A stretch of 64,000 nucleotides of DNA from Eledone cirrhosa. Lineage: Eukaryota. The notes under the pieces are model-generated. The model made no database searches. It saw only the letters and a list, made by a program, of their open reading frames with translations, and was not told where the DNA came from. Shown here piece by piece: positions 14,789 to 29,389 of this stretch (its first letter is position 1; every line of letters begins with the position of its first letter). The translations under genes were made by a program, and so were the position numbers. The stretch lies in assembly GCA_964016885.1 (NCBI GenBank), contig OZ024751.1, positions 5,766,001-5,830,000 on the forward strand, written 5' to 3'.

Positions 14789-15030
14789 CTAGTAGAATTT
14801 TGGTAGAGTTTATACTCCGTTTAGTTAATTTCTAAGGGCTAAAAGGAATGACTAGATAAATTTTATCTGACTTCCTCGCGGAAAATAGTCTGCATCATTT
14901 GTCTATTATTTCTTCATAGTTACATTTTAAACTTATAGCCGTGGTTAATTGATTATTTATATGGTTGATTTCTGCGGACTAGGGAGAGGAAATACTGTGT
15001 ATATTTTATCTAATAATTCTTCAAACTTGC

Positions 15031-15066
<36 letters not shown>

Positions 15067-15989
15067 TTTTGGCTTAATATTACTCAGGATATTGTCTGTT
15101 GAGCTAATTTATTGAGAAGCACATAATTCAAATATATATATATATATCGAAACTGCACACCAGCAAGGTGGCTGAGGAAGAAAAGTTCTTAACTTTTTGC
15201 TCGTCTTCTGTAGCTGTTTGCATTTCATGCTGATGCTCTATTTATATATACAACACTATGCGCTACCATTCCGCAACCATAAACTGATATACCTCTATTT
15301 GTACGAGTTCATCTCCCCATTTCCCGTGCCTCTCTTATGACTCTCCCTGTTTTCACTCTCTCCTTTTATCTTTCACTCTCTCCTTTTATCTCCCGTTATC
15401 ATTCACTCGCCTTCTTTCCCCCTTTTTCCCAATCCCTCTTTTATATCTAATTTTGATAGATAGCAGAATGTCTTTTCTTAACCTCCACAACCTAAGCACA
15501 TTCCTTTGACGAAACTCTAAATCTTTGAAATGAAATATTTTTTACGGTTAAGAATGTGCAAATTCTACAAGCTAATCAAGTGTCTATTTATTTCTTCTCG
15601 AATTTATATTTTGAAAAGATAGATAAATGTTCAATAAAATAAAATAATACAATAGAGTACTAGTTTAATGAAATAATCGCTGGCCGAATTCTTTCATATA
15701 TTGACTTGAATTCCAGATAGCTGCCGTTTTTGAATTTATTTCCCTGCAATAAGAGTTTAAACTATGTCATTTTAGATTTGAAGGTTTTAAATAACTGATA
15801 AAGTATGAGAAGGAATTTACAAGTTGTAGACGAAATTTATTTTGTTCTATTTTAATAAACAGAAAAATCAGCGGCCGAAATGGGATTCATCTGATGAGTG
15901 ATTGGAGTAACGTTACTCGATAAAGTGTGTAGCTCAGAGAGATCAGGGAGTGAATCAATGTAGAGCCACTACTTCTTCGAATTGAGAGA

Positions 15990-16341
15990 TTACAGTTCCG
16001 ATACTATGGGCATGTGGTCAGAATGTCTCAGGGAAGAATCGCCGGACAAATTTTACGGGCAAAACCAAGAGGTAGGAGACCCAGGTGCAGACCCCCCAGC
16101 AAGATGGTTCGACAACATCCATGAGATTGCTGGTCACGCTTTGGGATCTAGTTGGATCAGTTGGAGATGGTTGCTTCTGATAGGACCTGCTCGAGCGAGT
16201 GTTCGAGGGTTCTGCACACATGACCCTCAAGAATAAGTGGGCAAAGAAGAAGAAGAAGAAGAAGAAGAAGAAGAAGAAGAAGAAGAAGAAGAAGAAGAAG
16301 AAGAAGAAGAAGAAGAAGAAGAAGAAGAAGAAGAAGAAGAA
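15990..16341 (+). mobile_element. RTE-like LINE 3' fragment with (GAA)n tail
   Basis: Peptide ...PPARWFDNIHEIAG resembles the RTE C-terminal GRP..RW.D motif; followed by about 32 GAA units at 16244-16341. Confidence 0.55.
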
Positions 16342-17189
16342 TCAGCAAGAGGCAAATATAATTGCAATTGGCTTAGGTACCTAATTAGGTATATGTTAGA
16401 TAAAAAATTGTTCTATTTCAATAAATAGTTATGTGGGAATAATTGTCGCTACATCGTAGTAATATCTCCAGCATTGATTTCATGATTGAATAAAATGAAT
16501 ATTATAATACCAATGATTGGAATTGATCACTATTATTACACTCTAATGTCAATATCCGATGGAAGATTTCAATGATATGTACCTGTTCAGAAGAGGAAGC
16601 CTTAAATTATGTATTAAATTAGAGAAATTAAGAGATGAAGCAATTAGGTGAAAATTAGAAAATCATTAAGAAAAATAATGAATGCATGTAATGCATTTAA
16701 TTAAGAAGATTAATTAAACTGGTAATCCATCAAGAAGGACATTGATCACACCCGGAATATATAATGAGTCACATATTGTTAGAACTGACTAGTACTTCAT
16801 TATATCATTATTAAAAACTTATAACGGCTTGGGCTAATTAAAATACCTATCAGTTATATCTGCAGACTAATATGTGTACAACCACACACACACATATACA
16901 TACACATACACATAAACACACATTCATAACATACCCACGCGTAATTACATATGCATTCACGTATCTATCATATTTCTCTCCTCCTCCCCCCTCGCTCTCC
17001 CTCATCCCCTCCCCCTCCCCCTCTCTCTCTCTATATATATATTAACATAAACATATACATATACGCATAAATATGTATGCATATGTGTATGGTTGTATAC
17101 ACACACATATACATATACTATATCTGTATATATATATATATTTACATTATATATATATTATATACATATTAAATGTATATATATCTATT

Positions 17190-17232
<43 letters not shown>

Positions 17233-17714
17233 TTATTAAAATAACAGATTAAAGTTTAAGCAAAGAATCGCTGCTTTCAATTAACGGGATCTTCTGAAAC
17301 TATATATTACTATATATTTATCTATATATAGAACGGTCATTTATATTCAATAGAATTTACATAAGCAGGGGGTATATTAATGTATAAAGCATGTGGTTTC
17401 TGAAACACTTCCGCTTGGTTTCATGCGAATTATTGAGAATCTTCATCCGTTTCAATACTAATCACCATCTTTCTGTATTATCGTAGAACGTTCAGATGTT
17501 CAAGCGACCATTTCTGGATGTATTTGTGAAGACATCATTAAAAGGAGATACAAACAAACCGCATTTACAGACATGCACACACAGAGATAGTTCATGGATA
17601 CATAATACACTCATACATAACACATACACATGCATACGCCCCCCCCCCCCCTCACACACACATATATATAGACGTTTAAATTGATTAAATGAATAAAAAA
17701 TAAATCTATTGGTG

Positions 17715-17778
<64 letters not shown>

Positions 17779-18097
17779 GTACACGACCAATATATATATA
17801 AATAAAATTATATATATATATATATATATATGTAGATAAATCTACCAAGAGTTTACGGTAGTGTCCAATCCGTATGAAGAACTCAATGTAATTCTGAAGA
17901 CGGCATATATATGAGTTGGTATGTATATTTAATTTTGATAGTTTGAATAATTTTGTATAATTTTGTACATAGATCTGTTAAATATACATGCCAATTCTAA
18001 CACATATATATCCCAGAAACGATCGTTAAATAATGAACTTTTTTTGTTTAATATAAGGAACTGTTTCATTGTTTTATTCATTATTTTTTAAATATTT

Positions 18098-18109
<12 letters not shown>

Positions 18110-18131
<22 letters not shown>

Positions 18132-18290
18132 CTTATATGTATATATCAATAATTATTTCTACTTTTGGCACAAGGACAGCAATTATCCCAGTGTATTACT
18201 GGTATTTTATTACACTGGGATAATTGCTGGCCTTGTGCCAAAAGGAGAAACAATTATAGATATATACATATAAGTACATACATATATATA
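18110..18290. mobile_element. Fold-back of an OK-like SINE 3' tail plus flank
   Basis: ttttggcacaaggacagcaattatcccagtgta / tacactgggataattgctggccttgtgccaaaag are inverted; the flank tatgtatgtacttatatgtatatatc is also inverted. Confidence 0.8.
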
Positions 18291-19015
18291 TAATTTTATT
18301 TATATATATATCGGTGGTGTACGTATATATATATATATATATGAGAGATGACCCCTTAGCCTTTGTCAAGGCAGAATTCTAGGAGAAAGAAACTCTGATA
18401 TAACATCTGCAACCCTGATGGTATCCAATGATGTTGACATGTTCTTCTTTTTGGTAAATATCATCTTGGTTAAGAGAGTGGGACTGGTTTTGTGCAGTGC
18501 CTTTGCTCACTATAAAAGCTTCACGGCACAGGCATTGCTTTATATCTGGAGATCTCTCTGCACTTGTCGTCACATGGTACCATGGGCCCAGCACTATGTG
18601 TCAATAATTGTCACAAGTGTAGTGTTTGTACCAGAGTTTTCAAGTCGGTGGCTGGACTAAAAAGTCACACTCGTTCAGCGCATCGGTATGGGTTCTCATA
18701 CATGGATATAAAGTAGTGGCCGTACTCGAAAACGAGTTGGCAGCCACCATATATATATATTACAAGGTATCTATTTTTGAAGTTCTAGTTAACTTTATTT
18801 AGTTACCTACCTAGCTATGTGTGCTTACACACTTGTAAAAATTATCTCCTGTGATTATTCATATTTATTTATATGTTAATCAATTTCGAGTTGTTATATA
18901 TATATATATATATATATATATACTTTTATATATACTTTTATATATATACGCATGCATATATATATGCATGTATATATATATGCATGTATATAAAATCTGA
19001 TAGTTGCTGAAAGAC

Positions 19016-19072
<57 letters not shown>

Positions 19073-19326
19073 GTGAGAGAGAGAGCGAGAGAGAGAGAGA
19101 GACAGAATGAGGGAGAGAGAGAGAGAGGGGAGAGAGAGAAAGAGAGAGAGAGAGAGGTAGAGAGCGAGAGAGAGCAGAAACATAGTTTAGCATTATCTCA
19201 TTTTGATATCCAAATGCCATTAGAGAGAGGTGCCTTGTTACCGTTTTATTAACATTATAGTGCCGTGGTCAGAAAATTAATTTGTTTGAGTTGACACACA
19301 GAGAGACAGACAAACACACACTCACA

Positions 19327-19393
<67 letters not shown>

Positions 19394-19725
19394 ACACACA
19401 CATATACTGAAAATATCGAATAATGTACACCATTTCACCAGTATCACATAAATAATTACTGGTCCACCCACACACACACACATACACATTCTCACACACA
19501 CACACACACGTGTATGCGCACACACGCACATATATACACACACACATACACACGCGTACATAACATACAAAGAGACATACACACACACACAGACACACAC
19601 ACACACACACACTTCTCCGTATAAGACAAGAGCTGAAAAATATCTTTTAGCATGTTAAAATATCACCCACACACTTACAGACACATTCCTACTGACCATC
19701 CCTCTACCACGAATTACTCTGCTAT

Positions 19726-19761
<36 letters not shown>

Positions 19762-20480
19762 TTGTCTTAATAGGCATTTGAACTGTCAACAGGCTGCGGT
19801 TCGCACACACATCCCTGCTGACCATTATCACAACAACGAACCTCTTTACTACTACTACTACACACACACACACACATATTTGTTTTGAAAGACTTATTTT
19901 TCAGTGACTTCTCAATCAGCCGACACAAACCTACATTTAGCGCAAAATCAATTTTTAAAATTCACATGACCTCTACCGACCAATCAAAATTGTTTTGACC
20001 ACAATAATTTTTGCAACACGAATTGGCGCAAAACTTATTTTAATACCGCTTGAGCCACTTTTTTAACATAAAAGGTAGAATTTCCAAAACTAATCAGATT
20101 AGAGCAAACATCAGGGACGCTCTATCTCAAAATTATTTTTGAAAAGCATTAGAAATGCGCAACCGGTAAAACTTAAAACCAAAACTGAATACTAAACAAT
20201 ACTATTACTAATTCTCACTTATTCCTAATTAAACTATTTTTCACTTTGAACAATTTGTCAGCATTTTCTTTTCCGTTTACCAATATATCATAACTTGTGT
20301 GTTACACCTCTATTCTTATATATATATATATGGGCTTTTTGCCAATATGAGTCTGTGAGTATTGATTTATTATTTTCTAGATCGTACAGGCAGACCTTAT
20401 GTTGTTGAATTAAGATTTTTCACTCTAGCGATCTTATTAGTCAATTGCAACTAAAACATGTAAATGTTCATCAAATATTA

Positions 20481-20539
<59 letters not shown>

Positions 20540-20545
<6 letters not shown>

Positions 20546-20752
20546 AATATAAATTACCGAGAATCGTATTTCGGGGTTTGGAAATCAGCGAAAAACAACT
20601 TCCGAGATGTGTGGCAAGCACTCAATAGATTCTAACGAACCAGAGCTACAACATACGTTAAAAGGCCAAACACACTGAGACGATGGTTAAACCATTATCC
20701 TCAGCCATAGAAACGACCAAGTAATTCGGGTCAAACAAATAAAAAAAATGAT
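20540..20752 (+). repeat. Unclassified dispersed repeat, likely a PLE terminus
   Basis: Reverse-complement copy at 52715-52912; both copies abut (TA)n. Confidence 0.75.
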
Positions 20753-20970
20753 TGAAACATTTACCCGGACCCCTGGATGGTTGGTAAAAATCCAGCATTT
20801 GGGTTTCTGCAACTCCTAAATCAAGTACTGTCCGCTTAGACTAATAATTTTAGGCTTCTGGTAAGATGATTGAACAAGGAAGTCACTTTCTCAACAGGCT
20901 TTTAGTTCAAGTGCCAGGCCAAGGATTGACCGTTACCAATACCCACGTGGGGTTCGACAAGGGAGGCAAC

Positions 20971-21016
<46 letters not shown>

Positions 21017-21083
21017 GGGGACGAGGCTGCGTGGATACCGATAACGAGTAATATCTATCTCTTGTCTGTGTTCCCTTTTCTAA

Positions 21084-21151
<68 letters not shown>

Positions 21152-21210
21152 ACATAATTACAAAACGAGGAGATTTCGTTTACATATGAAAAATATATTT
21201 TGCGTATCGA

Positions 21211-21300
21211 CCTGTTATGCGCATTTCGCAGAGGATTGGCTCAACGTGACCCATAGGAGTTTTGGACCCGACTCCAGTATCGATCTGTTACTCAGACTGG
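21211..21300 (-). ncRNA. Degenerate hammerhead (core CTGAGTA) with long stem II insert
   Basis: Reverse complement ccagt-CTGAGTA-acag...ctgc-GAAA-tgcgca-TA-acagg. Confidence 0.45.
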
Positions 21301-21835
21301 TGATGCGACAAAAAATATATTTTTCTTGTGATATGTGGGCCGAGAAGGTATATATATATATATATAGGCATCGGGCCAATTATTTGTGTGAGGCCGTATG
21401 TGTGTATTTTGGTGTGATCGGTGGGGCAGAAATGCGGGTGTGTATTTTCCGATATTCATGTGACTGTTTGCGTGAGTGCGCGAAAAATTAAGTAGTCGTG
21501 TGTGTGTGTGTTGCTTTGGGGTAAACAGGAAACTGGGCTCTGTGTGGTGTGTCACGCTTGGACGACCCGTTATTAGTTTATCGTGTCAGTAAAATTAATG
21601 TTTTTGTCAAAGAATTAAGAAAAAGGGGATTGCCTGGTTGTAGATAATATTGATAGGATGAAATAATTCTAAGATGTAGAAATTCGACAGACATAAACAG
21701 GCAGGCATAGACGTACAGACGGGCACAGAATTGTATATATCCATACATACACCCAGGTACAGGAGCCCGCGCGTGCACATAAGTGTGTATACACACACAC
21801 ATATATATACCTACACACTCTCACACACATACATG

Positions 21836-21885
<50 letters not shown>

Positions 21886-21894
21886 AATATATAA

Positions 21895-21957
<63 letters not shown>

Positions 21958-22395
21958 AATATATACTCTGCCTGAGCATACATTGCTTAATAGGGTACAA
22001 CCACAGTATTTCACCGTACTACCTGCACTATATATATTATATACAAAAGTTAGTACAGCATAATCGAAGCTCTGGCTGCAGCTAAGCTAACGAATGCAAT
22101 CGGGATGTCACTAAGCACTCAATAAGGTATATTACCTTAGAGTTATAACATTACGTTTAGCAGCTTTGCAAATTGAAGACATCGCCGTTAAGCGAGCCGC
22201 AGTGACCAAAGCAACGAAAAAAACTGATTTATTCAAATATGACAAACCTGGACCATCGCGTTGATATTATATATCTCCGCTAGGTTTATACATATATATA
22301 TATATATGTAGGAGGTGAGTTTTATTGTAGTATAATATGTTGATTTAAAACTGAACTATCCACAAGTGTTTTTTAACCTTCATATCATGTCCTCC

Positions 22396-22466
22396 TGTTT
22401 TATCTGATGAAAACACAAATATTATTGCATGATGATATTTGTTTTTTAAATGCGTATAATAAAATA
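22396..22466 (+). ncRNA. Degenerate hammerhead, same family as 31427
   Basis: tgttttat-CTGATGA-aaac acaaatatt...gatatttgt ttt-TAAA-tgcgta-TA-ataaaata. Confidence 0.55.
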
Positions 22467-22498
22467 CATGGAACTCTTTTAACCATCTTTTGTTCTTA

Positions 22499-22600
<102 letters not shown>

Positions 22601-22663
22601 ATATGCATATATATTGTTATACTTGGGTAGGGACATATTGTTGTAATAATATTGCCAGAAATA

Positions 22664-22846
22664 ATTGTTTCCTCTTTTGGCACAAGGCCAGCAATTAGCC
22701 AGTGTATTACTGGTACTTTATTTTATTGACCCTGTAAGGATGAAAGGCAAACTTAACCTCGGCACGATTTTAACTCAGAATTGCAAGGGCCGTGACTCTA
22801 TGCCTCAAAGCATGGCGTCTGACCATCTACCGATACTTCAATCCAC
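22664..22846 (-). mobile_element. OK-like SINE with TSD
   Basis: Full SINE body; TSD tgccagaaata at 22653-22663 and 22847-22857. Confidence 0.9.
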
Positions 22847-23106
22847 TGCCAGAAATATTAACAAAACACACTCACTGTTTGGTAGGTTTTCGTTTCTGTA
22901 TCTTTTATATCTCCACAGTTAATTCAATGTTTATCATTGACTGACCAACGTTAAAAAATACAGATACAAATGCATATATATAGTCTAACAAAATCCTTTC
23001 GTTGCACATCTGCAACATCAACAGTGGTACTATAATGTTTCTCCTGTTGTATTGTATGTCTACGCTATTTTTACTTCATCTGCTTATTTGTTTATTTATT
23101 TTTGTC

Positions 23107-23254
<148 letters not shown>

Positions 23255-23633
23255 GAGAGAGAGAGAGAGAGAGAGAGGGGCGGGGGGGGGGGATGAGGAA
23301 GAGGAAAATGTAATTGGCTTAGGTATCTAATTAGAAATAAGTTGGATAATTCCTGTATACTCATATTTCTATGGCTGCAGAATATCTGAATGTTTACAGA
23401 CCGGTTGATTGCACAACCACGCTGTCCTGCGATATCATTAATGAATTGAAAAATTAGAGAATCACTTCTGGGAATATATCGTTAGTGATGTGCGTGAAAA
23501 TCAGTAACAACCTACCTCACTCATTAAATTCTCTTCTAAATATGAAAATAGCATTTTAATACTACTATCAATGTCCGAGAACATAGGGAGCTGAATAACA
23601 TAATCTTTGCCAAAAACACCATCCTATAATCAC

Positions 23634-23714
<81 letters not shown>

Positions 23715-23891
23715 CTTGTTGTATCCCAACAAATTAAATATAACTTCCACTTATATATATATATTTAGTATATGTTGGTTGTTTACCGACACCTCAGAAT
23801 GCAGATTGGAGCACTCGACGATGTACGCAGGTTGGTTTGGTTACTACGGAGTAATGTAAAATAAAGTAATTAAATCAAATATTTAAGATGT

Positions 23892-23946
23892 ACTGCTATA
23901 TATATTTCGGTGACAGCCATCATTGGCTGTGACCTCTTCAGGCAGT
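23892..23946 (-). ncRNA. Type I hammerhead ribozyme in a PLE terminus (23765-24065)
   Basis: Reverse complement actgc-CTGAAGA-ggtcacagcca atga tggctgtcacc-GAAA-tatata-TA-gcagt. Confidence 0.85.
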
Positions 23947-24836
23947 TCGAATTGATGTGGTAGAGACAGGTATACGTGTTGTCAAACTGTTTCATACCGT
24001 CACTACTCCGATATGTCCAGCTCTTGGTTGGGTCGTTATTCCTTTGAGGAACTGGAATCATATGAATTCGAACAAACGAATTCTGGCATCATAAGACACT
24101 CTCTCCTCCCATTGGTCAGTCAAAAGTATATAGACATTTTTTTCTGAGGCAAGACAATCTGTTGTGGTTGTTTTGTTATGTACAGCTGACCTCCTCTCTT
24201 CTGTTTATTGGTGTTAGGGGGTCAGCTGGCAAGTCAGCCTTAGTTCTACTGCTGCTGTCTTTAGAAGAATGAGTGTGTGTGGGTTGGCATCAATTCTACC
24301 CCCCTTTCACGTGGTTGGTGGTGGCAAACAGATAATGGTAAAAAATAAGATAAAATAAATAATAGAATAATAAGATACGATACAATAAAATGAAGAAGTA
24401 AAAAAAATAAATAAATGAATAAAATAGAATAAAATGCGTGTTTGTTATAGCAAATATCAAATATCAAAGAAGAATAAAGTACGTGTGTGTTATAGCCAAT
24501 ATTAAAGTTTGAAAGATTTGGAAAATATTGACTGAAGAATAAAGGCTATATGTCAGAATTGGGAAATGCAAAGGATTACGATCTTTACACTATCATGGGG
24601 TGGTGCGTTTTAAGAGCAAATGAGGTAAGAGTGGAATGTAAAACACCATAACCTGAGTGTCAAAATCCGGAAATGCAGAGGACTACAGTTTTTAATTCGG
24701 CATAGAGTACATATGCGTGTATGTCAACCCACATCGTTGCAAGCCCACACGCACCAACACGGGCCCAGGTGCATCCCATATTCACACACACGGATTATGC
24801 ACACACACAAACAACCATATATATATGTATATATAT

Positions 24837-24916
<80 letters not shown>

Positions 24917-24944
24917 ACTTTATTTTATATATATATATATATAG

Positions 24945-25057
24945 CAAAGGAAATGTGGTAAGGAACCAGATGGACCTTAACGCACCAAAGTACTCAATAC
25001 TTAGGGTAGTCCAGAATTAGCAGTCGAAAAGCTCTGCCGTCGGGGTCATACTTGTTC
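24945..25057 (+). repeat. Dispersed repeat, second copy at 63655-63848
   Basis: tgtggtaaggaaccagatggacc...tactcaatacttagggtagt is shared; both copies are flanked by (TA)n. Confidence 0.75.
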
Positions 25058-25232
25058 TATATATATATATTTGAATTATGTGCTTCTCAATAAATTAGCT
25101 TAATAAACAGTATCCAGAGCAATATTAAGCCAAAAGTTGAAGATATATGTATGTATATATATGCAAGAAATACCACAAACCCTCCATCCCAATTCTACTT
25201 TTGAAAAGCACAATTATTTCACCTTAGCGGAT

Positions 25233-25272
25233 CCGAGCTGAGGATCCGCTAAGGTGAAACAATTATTCTCGG
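25233..25272 (+). ncRNA. Minimal type I hammerhead with a short upstream inverted copy
   Basis: ccgag-CTGAGGA-tcc gctaa ggt-GAAA-caatta-TT-ctcgg; 25211-25233 is the reverse complement of 25243-25265. Confidence 0.7.
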
Positions 25273-25329
25273 TATGGTGAACTGACTGTTGTGTAACCAC
25301 TTCTCTCTCTCTATATATATATAAATATC

Positions 25330-26336
25330 AAGTACTCTGGTGAGTAATGGTCTAACCAGTTACTTACTGTATCCATCTTGATTTATACATACAACCGCTA
25401 TATTGGCTCCCACTTTGAAGGATACGCTCTTGCAATCCAGGAACAGGAGATTAGCACGAAATACCTGATTCACAAAAGAGATAGAGATGCAGGCAAAACA
25501 CCTAGATGTGATAACAAGTGCAGACTCTGCAGAACTAACATCGAGGATATCACCCATGTCATCAGCAGCTGTCCAAAGATGTCATCGCGGTACTATCTAT
25601 CTATGAGGCACGATGTAGTGGCCAAGAAACTGTATGATGCAGTTCGTAAAAAAGATAGCCCCGATAATAAACACATTAAAAGCTACAGCAATGTGCAAGA
25701 TACATAATATGATACATAATATGAAAGAGTACTAGTGGAATGTTCCAGTAAAAACCCCAATACAATGCAGGCATAATAGACCAGATATTATGATATGGGA
25801 CAGGGAGAAGAAAGCATGCAGAGTAGTGGAAATTAGCTGCCCAGCAGATGCCAATATAATATCAAAGATTAGTGAAAAGGAGAACATTTATGCAGAACAG
25901 ATGAGAAATCTGCAGATACTCCACCCTGATTACACCTTCAGATTTATGCCTGCGATTATTGGGGCCCTGGGATATGTTAGTAACTGCCTCAATACAAATC
26001 TTGAGAAGCTACGCTTCACAGGAACAGAAATAACACAACGAGTTAGGAAATTACAAGGACAATCCATTAATGGAACAGTAAAAATATGTAAAACATTCCA
26101 AATATTTAGCATCTAATAACTGCATATACACGTATACAGATGCAAAGCATAAACACATGCACACATACAACTCAAAACATCCACATCCACACATACAATA
26201 ACATCCATATCTACACATGAATGCATACATACATATCTACCTAGTTGATGTTGTGTAAATTCCAATGAATTGTGTCTGTTAGAAACCGACTCTCTCTCTA
26301 TTGGTAAAACTTTGTGAAATTATAAAACCAGAAGAA
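25330..26336 (+). mobile_element. R4/Dong-type non-LTR retrotransposon 3' part (CCHC knuckle plus REL endonuclease), disrupted
   Basis: AIQEQEISTKY...CRLC...EDITHVISSC...RHD; HNRPDIMIWD...VVEISCPAD...K (PD-(D/E)xK); IIGALG. Stop at 26116, then 3' UTR. Confidence 0.85.
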
Positions 26337-26685
26337 CATACATACATACATACATATACACACAGATATACAGACACACACATTTGCTTCTTCAAGATCC
26401 CACATCTCAGCGAGGAAACCACCAACGTCATACACAGAGCGATCAGAAGAGAGGGCCTCAATATCAAACTAGCTCTCTCTGGACCTTCCCTGCGAATATG
26501 CCTCTCCACAAGACAACCCCTCACCCAACGAGGATGATGGATGTACCCTAGCCAATTGCCCTATCCGCAACACTAATTGTTGCCTACGTCAGTGGTCGCC
26601 AACCTTTCTAAAACCGAGGAACCCTCTAAATATTTTGAATTCTTCACGGAACCTATACAATACAAAACTTTTCAAAAAAAAAAAA

Positions 26686-26865
26686 TTGTTTCCACTTTAG
26701 GCACAAGGCCAGCAATTACCCAGTGCATTACTGGTACTTTATTTTATCGACCCCGTAAGGATGAAAAGCAAAGTCAACCTCGGCGGGATTTGAACTCAGA
26801 TCGTAACGGGACGTAACTATGCTGGAAAACATGGCGTCCGACCTTCTACCGATACTGCCAATCCA
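26686..26865 (-). mobile_element. OK-like SINE nested in the hAT
   Basis: Full SINE body in an A-rich target. Confidence 0.9.
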
Positions 26866-26932
26866 CAAAAAATAATGAAGTATTTATTTATTTTAGTGTT
26901 TCATGCGTGTGTATGTAATCAAACACAATTAA

Positions 26933-28827
26933 CTAGTGGCTTTTCTGCTGCTGCGCCTCATCAGTGAGTTTAGAAAATCGAGGTTCAACACTAGTTAATG
27001 CCAGTCTCATACACTCGTCAATTGCTGACAGTTTATTCATCTTCTTTGTGCAGATTTTTACCAACTGCGAAAACCCTTCGCACAAGTAGCTAGATGGGAA
27101 TAAATTCAAATATTTCAATGCAAGTTGGCTGATTTCATTAAACTACCCAATCAAGAATAAGTCGATCCATAGATTTTTTTTTTTGCTTTCGAATATCACT
27201 TTCAGGTCTTCGTTTGAATTCAAATCCATCAACTGATGTAAGCATTGTGCAAGTAGTAAATTTTTACAATTTCCAGCGTCATTTTCTGACACTAACTGCT
27301 CGATCTCGGTGAACGGGTTTTTTATCCATAAATGTCCGCTAACAATATCTTTTTCCATCAAGTCAAAATAATCTGAAAAACTTGTGGAAAGCACATTTAA
27401 ATGAGAAAGAATAATCTTCTTTAGATTGCTGGAGTCAAAATCTTCTCTCTTTTTAAGCTCTATTTCAAGGTTTGAAAGTAATGAGTAATTGTCCGATTCA
27501 ATTCTTTTTATAAAGATGTTTAATTTTGATTGAAAATATGTAATAAAATTGATTGAAGTAAAAATATCTGCATTGTTACCCTGAAGACACTTAGTTAGTT
27601 TGTTCAGTTCACCAAAAATGTCTACTAAATAAGCGAGTTGCACATTCCATTCATTGGTTTCTAATACACTTGCTCTTTCATCATTCTGTTTTTTTAGAAA
27701 AACTATTATTTCTTCTCTCAGTTCAAAAACTCTCTTCATAGCATCCCCAAAAGACAGCCAACGCACATCATTGATCAATAACAATCTATTATAATTACTT
27801 CCAGAAGATTCCCATATAGATTCAAACATTCTAGAATTTTTTGCTCTTGCATGGATCAAATTGATAATGTTGACAATGTCTTTCAGCTGGTCATTTAATA
27901 TTTGAGCATCTCTGGCTTTGAATTTTTTTGAACACAAAACCTCTCAATGAATCATACAATGATTTGAAATACAATTTGGGGTCTGTTCTTTAATTTTTGC
28001 AATCAAACCAGAATTTTTACCAGTCATTGCAGCTGCTCCATCTGTTGTTATTGAAGTCAACTTGCTCCAAGATACACCATTTTTTTAAAAATACTCTTCA
28101 ATTTTATTGAATATATCCTGACCTTAGTTGTGATGTCTAATACCAGACAAAACAAATACTCTTCTACTAATTCTTTTTTATCAAGGTCTACAAACCGTAC
28201 ATAGCAAATTAATTGAGCCTTGTTATTAATATCCGTAGTTTCGTCCACTTGCAGACCAAAACATGTGCTTTTCTTTAGTGCAGTTAGTATCTGATTTTCT
28301 ATATCAGAAGAAATATCAATTATCCTTCTTTTCCCGGTATTTGCTGACAATGGTAACTGGCTTAATTTTTCTTTGTCCTTAATACTGCAGCTTTCCAAGA
28401 GATTCTCTGTAGCAATTTTTATACTTGGCAGAATTAACTGTTCTCCTAATGTAAATGGTTTCTTGTTTTTACCAATCAAATGTAAAATTTCAAAAGATGT
28501 TCTTGTGAAAGCTTTATTTCTATCTGACTTTTTACAAAACAAATCATACATATTAGCTTGTGATTTTGTGATGTTGTTTTTCAGCGAAGTAAAGTATTCC
28601 AGTGACTTGCTTTTATCATTGGTGTGATTAGTATCAAGGTGTCTTTTAAGCTTTGCAGGATTTAAACAGCTATTTGATAGAACTTTTTAACATAGCAAAC
28701 ACATGGGATGATCTGGTGTATCTTTTTTAATGTCAGCTTTTTGAAATCCACATCTAACATAATCATCACACCACTGTCTAACCTTACTGCTGGTATCTAA
28801 CTTCAGCTTCTTTGCAGTAGACATCAT
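26933..28827 (-). pseudogene. Buster-type hAT transposase (stops and frameshifts)
   Basis: BED-like CLLC...PAKLKRHLDTNH; KKPFTLGEQLILP; LQVDETTD; TTDGAAAMTG; VRWLS; LAYLVDIF; FPSSYLCEGFS; C-terminal QQQKSH*. Confidence 0.92.
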
Positions 28828-29295
28828 ATCAAGCTTATTTATCTACAGTTAATATTTTTAATATGACATTAATAAACAAGAGAAATTAATTTTTTCTTAT
28901 TACAAAAAGTACTTAAATTAACTTTAATTTTAGATATTTGGAAAAACTTAACTAGTTAAAAAAGAATTTTAATTTAAAAAAATTGAAATTTCTCCATTTT
29001 AGAATGGCAAACATATTATTTAAAGTCTTATAATAATATTAAAATATTAGGGGTTACTGAAAAAGGTGCAAATTTATAAACAACTAGAAGACATTTTTTT
29101 CAGAGTCCAGCACTTCCTGCATATACTACTTTAGGGTCGTATTAAATATTATTGGTAATGTAAATATATTTAAATATCCGCCATACTAAAAGGTGCAAAA
29201 AATGCAAATCAGCTGATAGTGTAGAAGATGTGACGATGGTATTGGAAATTAATTCAGATATCTTCTATCTATTTTGACTCAAAGTTAGATATAAT

Positions 29296-29389
29296 TGTTT
29301 CTACTTTAGGCACAAGGCCAGCAATTATCCAGTGCATTACTGGTACTTTATTTTATCGACCCCGTAAGGATGAAAGGCAAAGTCAACCT
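29296..29389 (-). mobile_element. 5'-truncated OK-like SINE with 17-bp TSD
   Basis: TSD tcaaagttagatataat at 29279-29295 and 29390-29406. Confidence 0.9.

Noticed and set aside
16157-16428. Poly-E/K/L ORFs
   Set aside because: Frames of a (GAA)n tract, probably a LINE tail.
18343-18750. Higher-complexity stretch that could be an exon
   Set aside because: No convincing ORF or splice pair; it is bounded by (TA)n and more likely an unidentified LINE-derived fragment.
27143-28551. Possible domesticated ZBED5/SCAND3-like host gene
   Set aside because: Multiple stops and frameshifts, and intact TIRs and TSD, show a decayed transposon copy.
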